IMG/VR virus record: IMGVR_UViG_3300043420_000463
Span: 1 to 57,792 of that record
Source of the DNA: a virus
Taxonomy: Duplodnaviria > Caudoviricetes
Length of the DNA: 57,792 nucleotides
Direction: 5' to 3' (one strand)
The position numbers were made by a program, and so were the translations under genes. Position 1 is the stretch's first letter. Each line of letters begins with the position of its first letter. The notes under the pieces are model-generated. The model saw only the letters and a program-made list of their open reading frames with translations, made no database searches and was not told where the DNA came from. Positions 45,801 to 54,000 of this stretch are shown piece after piece.

Positions 45801-46587
45801 CTTACAGTACACTCTTTATGGTGATGGTATTAATAGATCTGATTTCATTAACGATTCTTTGTTTGGAAGTTTTACAATCATCAATGACAGAGCAACAGTT
45901 TACATTGGAATATCAGAAGACTTAGAGATTGAAGTTCCAGAAACAGTTACATTTATTATCAACGGTACAGGAGCATCAGCTGATGTTATTATTAATGATA
46001 CTACTGCTGATAGATTAAGAGATCAAGAACTAATAGGACTAAGACCTTGCTATGATAGACCAATTGCTGGTGCTCCAATTACAGATGAGAGTGGTGCCAT
46101 CATAAGCATTCCTATTATCAGCAGAGGATGTCCATATGCTCTTCCACCTAGGGTAATTATTAGTGGTGCTGGATACGGTGCTTCTGCTATACCTCTCTTG
46201 GATTCTAATGGTAACGTCACTGAAATTCGAGTTACTAGAAGTGGAAGAGGATACAGAAGAAAACTAGCATCAGACTTTGATTTAAGATGTGTTATTGATT
46301 CTTACACTATTATTAATCCTGGTGTTGGATACACAACGGCACCAGAAGTTTATGTTGATGGTGAAGCTGGACGTGCCGAAGCAATTATTGATGAGCGAGG
46401 ATATGTAATTAGTGTACAACCAACAGACAGAACATCTACATGGAATGAAATACCTGCCATCCAAATTATTGGAGGTGGTGGATCTGGTGCCAGAGTATTG
46501 CCATCTGTTACTTGCCTAGATACTAATGAATATGAAGAGCAAGGTTATGCCAAGATTGGTACAGGTCGTTACATTGATTGTCCATAA
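42886..46587 (+). CDS. gp5: gp5-like baseplate spike protein with Calx-beta/Ig-like repeats
   Basis: WWIGQVE, RYRVRIVG, LPWANVMMP, PLIMGSI OB-fold; no T4-lysozyme motif seen. Confidence 0.85.
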   Translation: MDPALSSLFPIHQIGSDGFAWWIGQVESNKGEDPKNSGRYRVRIVGQHLKDCDATPTDQLPWANVMMPVTTPWSDGGVTGATIDLRQGNWVMGCYLDNDRQKPLIMGSIGHTAGATKKENVEKDPSPGETCKSFTTFLSPNINPQLHKAMPSSEKRNGDSPAQSTTAENTGTTDVGEAGQIAAAVKDRMPPAFYGLFAEASTTNPTGNKVCVEIANPNCGSENDLKGGLTNIIGEMLKATQQSGGNLGTFYVSKINGELNNYIDHGMQYVNKAVRLVKSFVARVKGEIVKLIREGVDKLVELVLYTKVAEEAVEEGEEAAEPSQIDQVEEAEEPATKKESRLKPILDVINDVLDDLGCSMADLTEQLAQWLTDLLLGYLMDAFSNAACLVDNVVNGIINQILAFIDNLLQNVLGPLQEILALLAAPLDIIGNAINKVLSLLGISCDGPGTQCEKVTKECTDCSTGENEDWLDKLIDAIEGGATDNSTYVCDEAKNTSVLDNLPDTSIDFVGGTRPNPSTTDPDSGSGVPGETLIRYSSADIEVTEGEQAIFVITRSGNVTTASSVTVSVYPGTATEGTDFARISSGSSIGFAPGETTKQIVFETYRDSQTEGPEEFQIRLAENVTPEGYVTSFGGSSAYSTAYTCTILDYTTESLSPPSGSGPSAPYSPPSRTTVNPIQVRPVTGSITPPRPVFSVTTDQIYYSEGDTIRYRITTQNVTNPGPYTYTLDGDIDANDIASGNLTGNFTLDTNGNATIDIQLAVNDDVEEVLDDEGNVVNNGVDPIENITFYIDNTPAYASAFILADNDPLVTDAAWFVTSDVNYVREGETVTFTVTTRNIPDGTNFTYALVGNVDRTDIVGYRLESSVDFNAVPLQIVNGQCVIPITIAGDRIIETTPEYFDFTIRSYIDAEGNTQTVENVSSQVIILPDTDGDVDGDGTTPSFVVSTDKLTYDEGETIVYTIRTSNVPNGTVLQYTLYGDGINRSDFINDSLFGSFTIINDRATVYIGISEDLEIEVPETVTFIINGTGASADVIINDTTADRLRDQELIGLRPCYDRPIAGAPITDESGAIISIPIISRGCPYALPPRVIISGAGYGASAIPLLDSNGNVTEIRVTRSGRGYRRKLASDFDLRCVIDSYTIINPGVGYTTAPEVYVDGEAGRAEAIIDERGYVISVQPTDRTSTWNEIPAIQIIGGGGSGARVLPSVTCLDTNEYEEQGYAKIGTGRYIDCP

Positions 46588-46599
46588 AGAGTGTAGATA

Positions 46600-47853
46600 A
46601 TGGCAGACTCAACTAATCAAACCCCTTCATCAGCAACACAGGAAAAACTTAACGGAGGGTTCAGTTACGATCCAGAATTAGGAAAGAATGCTTTTGCTGA
46701 AGGTCCTTTCCCAGATTATTCACAAGTAATCGGTGGATTTAATATCACATCATATAGATTTCCTGATGGCAGTAATGGTCTCGCTATTTACAATGGCAAG
46801 GTCGCTTTACATTTTGACAACAACAATAATATTACACTCGCTGCTGGTCCTCCTGGTCAATCTGGATGTGGTGGCAAGTTAATTGAGAATGTCCAGTCTA
46901 AATTGGAGAAAGCAGGTTCTATTGCCATTGAAGTAACTGGAAGGCCAGAGGGTGGCACTCTCAACAAAGAACAAAATGCTGATGGTAACACAGAGGAAAC
47001 TAATCTTCCAGCATATTCTTTGAAAGTATATGGTCCAGTATACATTGAAGCAATAGGTGGTGATTGTGCTATCAAAGGAGATAATATCACACTTAACGCT
47101 TCTAGTACACTAAATCTCAAGTCAAATAAGGATATCAACATACAAGCTGGAGAAAATGGTGGAAAAATTAACATGTATGGTGGATCTTTTGATCTTAACA
47201 CGGCATTCTTTAACAAGAAATTATCTGGTGGAGAATTTAGTGATGGATCTGGAGAGTTTGTTGTTTCTCAAAACAAACCAGGAGCATCAGTAAACATTGA
47301 AACACCTGGGGCAGTTAACTACACAGTTAATGGTTATTATAACTTAGGTATCAAAGGTGAGTACAAAATTGATGTTGCTGGTGATTATGTTCTTAATATC
47401 GACAAAGATTATGGAGCAAAAATTCTAGGAGACTATGCCAATGTTATTGAAGGTAAAGGTTTAACAAAAGTAAATGGTGTTAAGTCTAAGTCAACTCAAG
47501 AAGAAAACTATTTACTAGATGTCCTTGCTACCGAGAAGAAAGGTGTTGCTGGTATGAAGATTAGTTCAGGCAGCAAGGTAGAAATGTCAAACACAGAAGG
47601 TGGTTTTGAATTCAAGGTAGGAGAACAAGCTGCCTCAATGGAACTTGATGCCAAGAAGTTTAACGTAACTACTGGTGCCAAAATGGGTGCTATTAGTATC
47701 GATGAGAAGCAAGCATCGATGGAGTTCGGTAAGAAGCAAGGTAAAGTATCTGTAGGACCAGAGCAATCTGTTCTTGAATGGGGAACTAATTCTAAGGTTA
47801 CCGTCAAGGCAAGTGATGTATCGATCGAAGGTCCTATGATTTACCTAAATTGA
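46600..47853 (+). CDS. gp5 C-terminal beta-helix-like spike protein
   Basis: 8-residue V.G.Y repeats; ends IEGPMIYLN. Confidence 0.65.
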   Translation: MADSTNQTPSSATQEKLNGGFSYDPELGKNAFAEGPFPDYSQVIGGFNITSYRFPDGSNGLAIYNGKVALHFDNNNNITLAAGPPGQSGCGGKLIENVQSKLEKAGSIAIEVTGRPEGGTLNKEQNADGNTEETNLPAYSLKVYGPVYIEAIGGDCAIKGDNITLNASSTLNLKSNKDINIQAGENGGKINMYGGSFDLNTAFFNKKLSGGEFSDGSGEFVVSQNKPGASVNIETPGAVNYTVNGYYNLGIKGEYKIDVAGDYVLNIDKDYGAKILGDYANVIEGKGLTKVNGVKSKSTQEENYLLDVLATEKKGVAGMKISSGSKVEMSNTEGGFEFKVGEQAASMELDAKKFNVTTGAKMGAISIDEKQASMEFGKKQGKVSVGPEQSVLEWGTNSKVTVKASDVSIEGPMIYLN

Positions 47854-47942
47854 ATTTTGGTTACAAGAATTCCGAAAAAAATTTCCCGCCAAAAAAATGC
47901 CAAAAAGGTTGACCTAAATAATCAAGTGTGAACAGGGGTTTT

Positions 47943-48260
47943 ATGCTGTCTACCCAGTATCGTCTTAGATTAGAATTCATTTGTGAACGTATTGTAAAAG
48001 GTGAGGAAGTAAAACTTGAAGATATGATTTGGGCAGAAAAATTGTCAAAGGCGAACAGATCAGCAGCAACGATTCTTAGACAGGCGAGGAGACGTGCCAG
48101 CAATCCTGACATGGAAGAGGGTGGCATGGATGACTTTATGAACGCTCTGGACCTTGGAGACCCCGATCCAAGCAACCACAAGACACGATTCGAGAGTGCC
48201 GATGACATTGTGGACTGGTTTACTCAGGATAAGTCTGACGACTGGCGCCAGAGGGATTGA
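47943..48260 (+). CDS. Cyanophage hypothetical protein
   Basis: ATG 47943, MLSTQYRLRLEFIC...DDWRQRD. Confidence 0.8.
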   Translation: MLSTQYRLRLEFICERIVKGEEVKLEDMIWAEKLSKANRSAATILRQARRRASNPDMEEGGMDDFMNALDLGDPDPSNHKTRFESADDIVDWFTQDKSDDWRQRD

Positions 48261-48285
48261 CAGATCCTCAGAAACCGAGTAGGAT
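48257..48285 (+). promoter_or_regulatory. Sigma70-type promoter
   Basis: TTGACA-N17-TAGGAT before the tRNA pair. Confidence 0.6.
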
Positions 48286-48313
48286 GACTCTGTGGCAGGT
48301 TAAGGGTCACTTT

Positions 48314-48386
48314 GCTCCTTTAGCTATCTGGTGAAAGCAGCGAACTCATAATTCGCCTCAGGTGGGTTCGATCCCCTCAAGGAGCA
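48314..48386 (+). tRNA. tRNA with CAT anticodon (elongator Met or Ile2)
   Basis: GCTCCTT/AAGGAGC acceptor, GCGAA-CTCATAA-TTCGC; paired 1-72 so not initiator. Confidence 0.85.
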
Positions 48387-48390
48387 CCTC

Positions 48391-48462
48391 GGGAGATTAG
48401 CTTAGCGGTAGAGCATTCGACTGATAATCGAAAGGTCGCTGGTTCGATTCCAGCATTTCCCA
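48391..48462 (+). tRNA. tRNA-Ile(GAT)
   Basis: GGGAGAT/ATTTCCC acceptor, loop CTGATAA. Confidence 0.93.
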
Positions 48463-48463
48463 C

Positions 48464-48492
48464 TTGACAGTCTTGGCAGCAAATGCTATGAT
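48464..48492 (+). promoter_or_regulatory. Sigma70-type promoter
   Basis: TTGACA-N17-TATGAT with TG extension. Confidence 0.7.
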
Positions 48493-48505
48493 TGTCTCAT
48501 CACCT

Positions 48506-48589
48506 GGGGAGGTGGTGGAATCGGTAGACACACCAGACTTAAAATCTGTTGGGCATATGCCCGTGGGGGTTCAAGTCCCCCTCTCCCTA
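48506..48589 (+). tRNA. tRNA-Leu(TAA)
   Basis: Loop CTTAAAA, long variable arm GGGCATATGCCC. Confidence 0.95.
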
Positions 48590-48621
48590 TTCCACATAAA
48601 TAATAATGTGTGGAAAACAAC

Positions 48622-48888
48622 ATGAAATATACTCTTTCCCAAGCATATAGATTCTACATGGGTCAAGTTGTAAGAATGTATTTCATTCAAGGCATACCAT
48701 ACACCTTTGATGAACTTCCACAACTTGTACAAGATCATCCATCTGTACAAACTCAAGCATTAGAAGGTCATGATTATGATGATGATGAGCTCTATCAAGC
48801 ATCAAATTATTTGGTGGCAGAAGAGTGTCATCCTTTAATGTTTGAAATTGAAGTAGATAATCCCACCCTATTACCTCAAGATGATTGA
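48622..48888 (+). CDS. Cyanophage hypothetical protein upstream of cpcT/cpeT
   Basis: ATG 48622; VVRMYFIQGIPYTFDELP. Confidence 0.8.
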   Translation: MKYTLSQAYRFYMGQVVRMYFIQGIPYTFDELPQLVQDHPSVQTQALEGHDYDDDELYQASNYLVAEECHPLMFEIEVDNPTLLPQDD

Positions 48889-49405
48889 AATTTTTCGTGA
48901 ATGGTTAACTGGATCTTTTGAAAACAAAACCCAAGCATTCTCGTATCCTTCTAGATATGCTATGATTAGGGTAACACATATTCCTTTATGGGGTGAGTTT
49001 TTTTATGGTGAGCAAGCATATAGTTATCAATCGAAGAAACCATATCGTCAGTTTGTCTTGTGGCCCACTGTAAATGATAATGGTATCAAAATTTTAAATT
49101 ATGAAATTGAAGCAAAAGAACAGTTTGCTGGTTGTAAAAACCTTGACAAATTGACCAAAGAAATGCTAAGATTGAAAAATGGTTGTGATGTCAACCTTAC
49201 ATTTGATGGAACTTCTTTTAAAGGGGGGTTGACAGGATGTGATTGTTATGTAAAATGGAATGGTAGAGATACATACCTCCAGAATGAGATTGAACTTACT
49301 TCAACTCATTATTATGTGAAAGATCTCGGATTTTGCCAGAAAAATCACCATCAAATTTGGGGATCTAAGTATGGCAGATTCGAATTTAAAAAAATGCCTG
49401 AGTAG
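48881..49405 (+). CDS. cpeT: T-type phycobiliprotein lyase (CpcT/CpeT family)
   Basis: GSFENKTQA...P, FYGEQAY, PYRQ, GCD, DLGF, QIWGS..G.FEFKK. Confidence 0.9.
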   Translation: MIEIFREWLTGSFENKTQAFSYPSRYAMIRVTHIPLWGEFFYGEQAYSYQSKKPYRQFVLWPTVNDNGIKILNYEIEAKEQFAGCKNLDKLTKEMLRLKNGCDVNLTFDGTSFKGGLTGCDCYVKWNGRDTYLQNEIELTSTHYYVKDLGFCQKNHHQIWGSKYGRFEFKKMPE

Positions 49406-49469
49406 CTCAGCTGGATAGAGCAACGGTTTTGTAAACCGTAGGTCGTCGGTTCAAGTCCGACCTTAGGCT
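49396..49469 (+). tRNA. tRNA-Thr(TGT)
   Basis: GCCTGAG/CTTAGGC acceptor, loop TTTGTAA. Confidence 0.95.
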
Positions 49470-49552
49470 TTGGCAGTAATGCCAACTTCTACTACGGGTA
49501 TCTTCCGTAGCGTCGTATGGGAGTGGTTGGAAATGTCCGAATGCTCCCACCT

Positions 49553-49624
49553 CCTCTGGTAGTCTATTGGTAAGGACAGGTGGACAACACACATGGATAC
49601 TGGGTTCGATTCCCAGACAGAGGA
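49553..49624 (+). ncRNA. tRNA-like element with non-canonical anticodon arm
   Basis: CCTCTG/CAGAGG acceptor, D arm with GG, CTGGG-TTCGATT-CCCAG T arm; no standard anticodon stem-loop. Confidence 0.7.
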
Positions 49625-49674
49625 AAAGAACACCCCTCAAGCCTATCAACGATGCTCAAACAGAGGGGTCACTA

Positions 49675-49757
49675 GTCGGTATGGCGGAATTGGTAGACGC
49701 GCTGGGTTTAGGTTCCAGTGTCCTTGCGACGTGGAGGTTCAAGTCCTCTTACCGACA
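49675..49757 (+). tRNA. tRNA-Leu(TAG)
   Basis: GTCGGTA/TACCGAC acceptor, loop TTTAGGT, variable arm. Confidence 0.95.
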
Positions 49758-49836
49758 TATACAGGTAAAATTTACTTTTCAAATACCTAAAACTGGGAAA
49801 AAATTTTCCGCTAAAAATTTGGCAAAAAAGTTGAGT

Positions 49837-50436
49837 ATGATCAGAACATTTAATAATTTTGCTCCTGCTGCTTTAACTGATCTTGTTGAGCAAATATGTA
49901 AAGATACCAATTTTCCTTACACTATAGGAACAGAAAGTTTTGGTACGGTAACCTATGACCCCAGTAGTCTTATGGAAAAAGACTATAGGGTAGTAGATTG
50001 TCAGCAATTTGTTCATATTCTTGCTCATAATGGAATTCCGTATTCTCCATATTTTCACTTATTTTCTAATCTAATAGAATGTGTAATTGAAAAATATTTT
50101 CCAGAAGAAACAGACCTTGGAATTATTAGATCCAAGGTTAATATTCAACCACAGCAAAAAATAGTTGATAAAGATGTATTCTTCAATCCTCCTCATATTG
50201 ATCCTGGCGGCATTGGAACCATTGTTGCTTTATATTATGTTGAAGATAGTGATGGTGATACGTTCTTCTTTAAGAAAAATGGAGAAATCTCAAGACGAAT
50301 TTCTCCTCAAAAAGGAAAATTAGTGTTATTTGATGGAAGCATATATCATGCTTCAAGTCCACCTCAAGACCATAAATCTAGGATTGTTATCAATACAAAT
50401 ATCGATAAATCACCAGATATCTTAAAAATACGATGA
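49837..50436 (+). CDS. 2OG-Fe(II) oxygenase superfamily protein
   Basis: PPHID...YHASSPP..RIVIN; start moved to ATG 49837. Confidence 0.85.
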   Translation: MIRTFNNFAPAALTDLVEQICKDTNFPYTIGTESFGTVTYDPSSLMEKDYRVVDCQQFVHILAHNGIPYSPYFHLFSNLIECVIEKYFPEETDLGIIRSKVNIQPQQKIVDKDVFFNPPHIDPGGIGTIVALYYVEDSDGDTFFFKKNGEISRRISPQKGKLVLFDGSIYHASSPPQDHKSRIVINTNIDKSPDILKIR

Positions 50437-51023
50437 TTAAAGTATATGACGATCTGATACCAGAAGCATTAGTTGACGTTTTGGAAAAAATGCTTCTATG
50501 TAACACATTTCCTTGGTATATTTCTACCGCTGGTCTTTCGTCAGTAAATTATATTGAGAGTGGGTATAATAATACCGTAGATTCGCCACAATTAGTCCAT
50601 CCTATAATTATTAACGGCACTCCCGAATCTGCTATGTATTCGATATGTGCTAGTATGCTTTCTAATTTTTTTGGAACAGTTATCCCTTACAATTATAGTA
50701 AAAATATTATTCTTTCGAGGATGAAAGCAAATTGTCAGATAAAACAATATTGTGATGAATCAAAACACAATCCTCCTCATTTAGACTATAGTGATAGGCA
50801 GCATGATATGAAAGTATGCTTATACTACGTTTCTGATTTTGATGGAGACACATATTTTTTTGAAAATTATAAAATAGTTGATAAAGTTTCTCCGAAACGT
50901 GGTAGAATGGTGGTATTCGATGGAAATATCGTACATGCTTCTAGTCCTCCTAGAAATTCTTCGGTTAGAGTTGTCATAAACACTAACTTATTCATGCCTT
51001 GTCGGGTTGAAGACCTTGTATAA
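50433..51023 (+). CDS. 2OG-Fe(II) oxygenase, tandem paralog
   Basis: PPHLD...VHASSPP..RVVIN. Confidence 0.85.
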   Translation: MIKVYDDLIPEALVDVLEKMLLCNTFPWYISTAGLSSVNYIESGYNNTVDSPQLVHPIIINGTPESAMYSICASMLSNFFGTVIPYNYSKNIILSRMKANCQIKQYCDESKHNPPHLDYSDRQHDMKVCLYYVSDFDGDTYFFENYKIVDKVSPKRGRMVVFDGNIVHASSPPRNSSVRVVINTNLFMPCRVEDLV

Positions 51024-51026
51024 ATA
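51019..51026 (+). promoter_or_regulatory. T4 late promoter
   Basis: Perfect TATAAATA 39 nt before ATG 51066. Confidence 0.8.
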
Positions 51027-51065
51027 CATTGAAGAAAGAAGCAAATACCCAGGGTTCGGCTAATT

Positions 51066-54000
51066 ATGGCTCTTACAAGACTTGATAATCTGTACTCAAG
51101 CAAGACTGGCAAATACTTATACGTATCTCCAGACGATTTTAACGCTACTGATGAACTTGATAACAGAGGTAATTCTCCTCTACGTCCATTCAAGACAATC
51201 CAGCGTGCTTTTATTGAAGTAGCAAGATATTCATATCTTCCTGGACAAGACAACGATCGTTTCGACCAGTTCAGCATCATGCTGATGCCTGGTGATCACT
51301 ATATTGATAATAGACCTGGACTAGTAGATATTGAGTCTGGTGATAGACAGCGTTATTATGATGCTAAGAACCTAATTGATGCCAACCGTCAAGAGATTAT
51401 TGACAGAGCATATGCCGAAATTACTGTAAGATATGACGAGAGTCTTTGGGGAACTGATTGGGTGGTTCCTGGTGATCCAGTAGATCAAGATAAAAATAGA
51501 TATTATGATGCCTATCGTTTGATTCAGTGGAATAGAGAGTATATTCAGGCGAGATCTACTGCTCAAGTAGCAATTGATTATCCAGATTTTTATTTTCCAG
51601 ATGAACCACAACTTGATTCTGCTAGCAGATTTGCCGATGCTTATCGCTTAATCCTTCAGAACAAACAAAATATTGTAGATAGAGCATGGGACAATACTGC
51701 TCTTGCTTATCCTTCCATTGTTACTACACAATCAAAGTGTAAGAGAGATTTAGGTTATTACGTAGAGCACCTAGCACTTGATTTGTTCTTTGGTGGAAAT
51801 AAGTGGACTAGAGAATTTATTCTTCAGTATTTTGATGCTCAAGGAAATCAAATTAGTAATGGTTTGGATGGAGAAGAGACCGAATCTAACTATGCTTTTG
51901 AAGCAGCTACAGAATTTATGAAAGCTGCTTTGACAAATCAAAGCAGCGTAACTGTTAATGGCACTGTATATGATATTACATCATGGACTAAAGATTTAAC
52001 AGTAACTGCTGATTCTGCTACTGGATCTAATGTAAGTCCTGCTTCTTGCTCTAATGTTCAGACTACACTCGATAACTTAACAACAATTGTTACCGATGTA
52101 TTTCTTGCTGGAAACCTGAGTGGTCTTCCTGATGAAGATGCTGGTCAACCATCAACTGGAAAGTCTAAGTGCTTTAGAGATATTGGATACTATATCGATG
52201 CTATTTCACTTGATATTTCTCTTGGTGGTGGTAACGTATACACTAGAAAGTATATTCAAAACTACTTCAATGCTTCTGGAACTGCTTGGATTGATGATGG
52301 TCTTCAAGGTGAAGAGCAACAGTCTATTGCTGCTTTCAATGTAGCAAGAGATTTGATGAAGTCGGCAGTTGCTAATCAACTTGGTTATAAAGATCTAACC
52401 TTGACTGACAGTGGTGATGACAATCAGGCTGAATATACTAGTGGCGATTGTGCTAATGTACAAACAACAATTAACAATCTAGCATTAATTATACAAACAT
52501 ATTTCCTTCAAGGAACCCTAGAAAATTTCGTACCAGAAGTTGTTGCTGATACACAACCTGGAGAAAGCAAGTGTAAGCGTGATATTGGTTATATTGTTGA
52601 TGCTGTTGCTGCTGACTTGAATAACGGTGGTAACGCTAATATCGTTGCTGCTGCTAAGTCTTACTTTGATAAAAATGGACTTCCCATCAGCAACGGATTG
52701 CTCGGTGAAGAGTCTCAATCTGTTATTGCTTTCAGTTATGCTGGAGTAATGATGAAGAAAGCTGTAACCAACCAGCTTTATAGAAAGGACTTAACTATTC
52801 TCTCTGGTCCTGCTGAGTATGCTGGATATGAGACTGATGAATCTTTTGTACCAAATCTTCCATCTGGCAATTCTGCCACTTGTATTGATGTACAAGCATC
52901 AATTGACAACCTAATTGGTATTATTACAACTGTAATTGAAGAAGGTGATCTAACAAGTCTTTCTTCTGTTGCTATCACTGGTGATATTCCAGTATTTAAT
53001 TATAATAGAGCATTACAGGAATGGCAAGATAACTCTATTCTAGATCTTTCCAACCCAGATAACGTTTTATACAAATTTAATGCTTCTAGTGGTGGTGCTA
53101 TCGTACCTAGAGGTTGTTCTCTAATTGGTTATGACCTTCGTCGTACTATTGTTCGTCCTCTGTATGTTCCAGATCCTGCTGATGGAACTCAGGCAAGAAC
53201 TTCTATCTTTAATCTAACTGGTGGTTGCTATTTGTGGCAATTTACTATTAAGGATGGTGATCTATCCTCAAACTCTCCACTATTTGATCCAGTTGCTAAT
53301 GTAGGTAAAGTTTACTTCCAGGCTGGCAATAACAGCACTCTTGCTATTCCAGAGTATTCTCACCACAAGATCACGATCATGACCTATGCTGATAGGGATG
53401 ATCTAGAACTGTACTATGATAAAGTTGGAAGAGCATTTGCTTTATTCCAACCATCTATTGATGATGGTGATCTGGAAGCACTTCCACAGGAAAATAGAAT
53501 CGTTGGTCCTCTATCTGATACTAGAAGTATTGTAAAACTCAGACTTGCTGGACAAACTGCTTCTGGCAAAACAATTATTGAAGCCACAACTAAAGTTGCT
53601 CATGGATACTTTAGAGAGCAGTATGTTGCCATTATCGACAATGGTCTTGATGAAGGACTAAATGGTACATTTAAGATTACTTCTATCTCAGATACAGATC
53701 CAAAAGTATTCAGTTATGAAGTTGATCTAACCCCACAGCAGTTAGGTTTAGACATTAATGAAACTGGTTATAGTGTACCAGATTTGAGTCTATCTGCTAG
53801 AGCACAGGCAGAAATTGACTCTGTTGAGTCTGCTTCTCCATACGTCTTTAACTGCTCAATTCGTTCCACCTGGGGTCAGTGTGGTATGTGGGCAGATGGA
53901 TCGAAGGCGACTGGATTTAAGTCGATGGTTGTTGCCCAGTACACGGGTGTTTCCCTACAAAAAGACGACCGTGCCTTCATCCGTTATGATGAGTTTAGCA

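Noticed and set aside
49553-49624. tmRNA fragment
   Set aside because: Has a full D arm, no alanine G3-U70 identity and no tag reading frame
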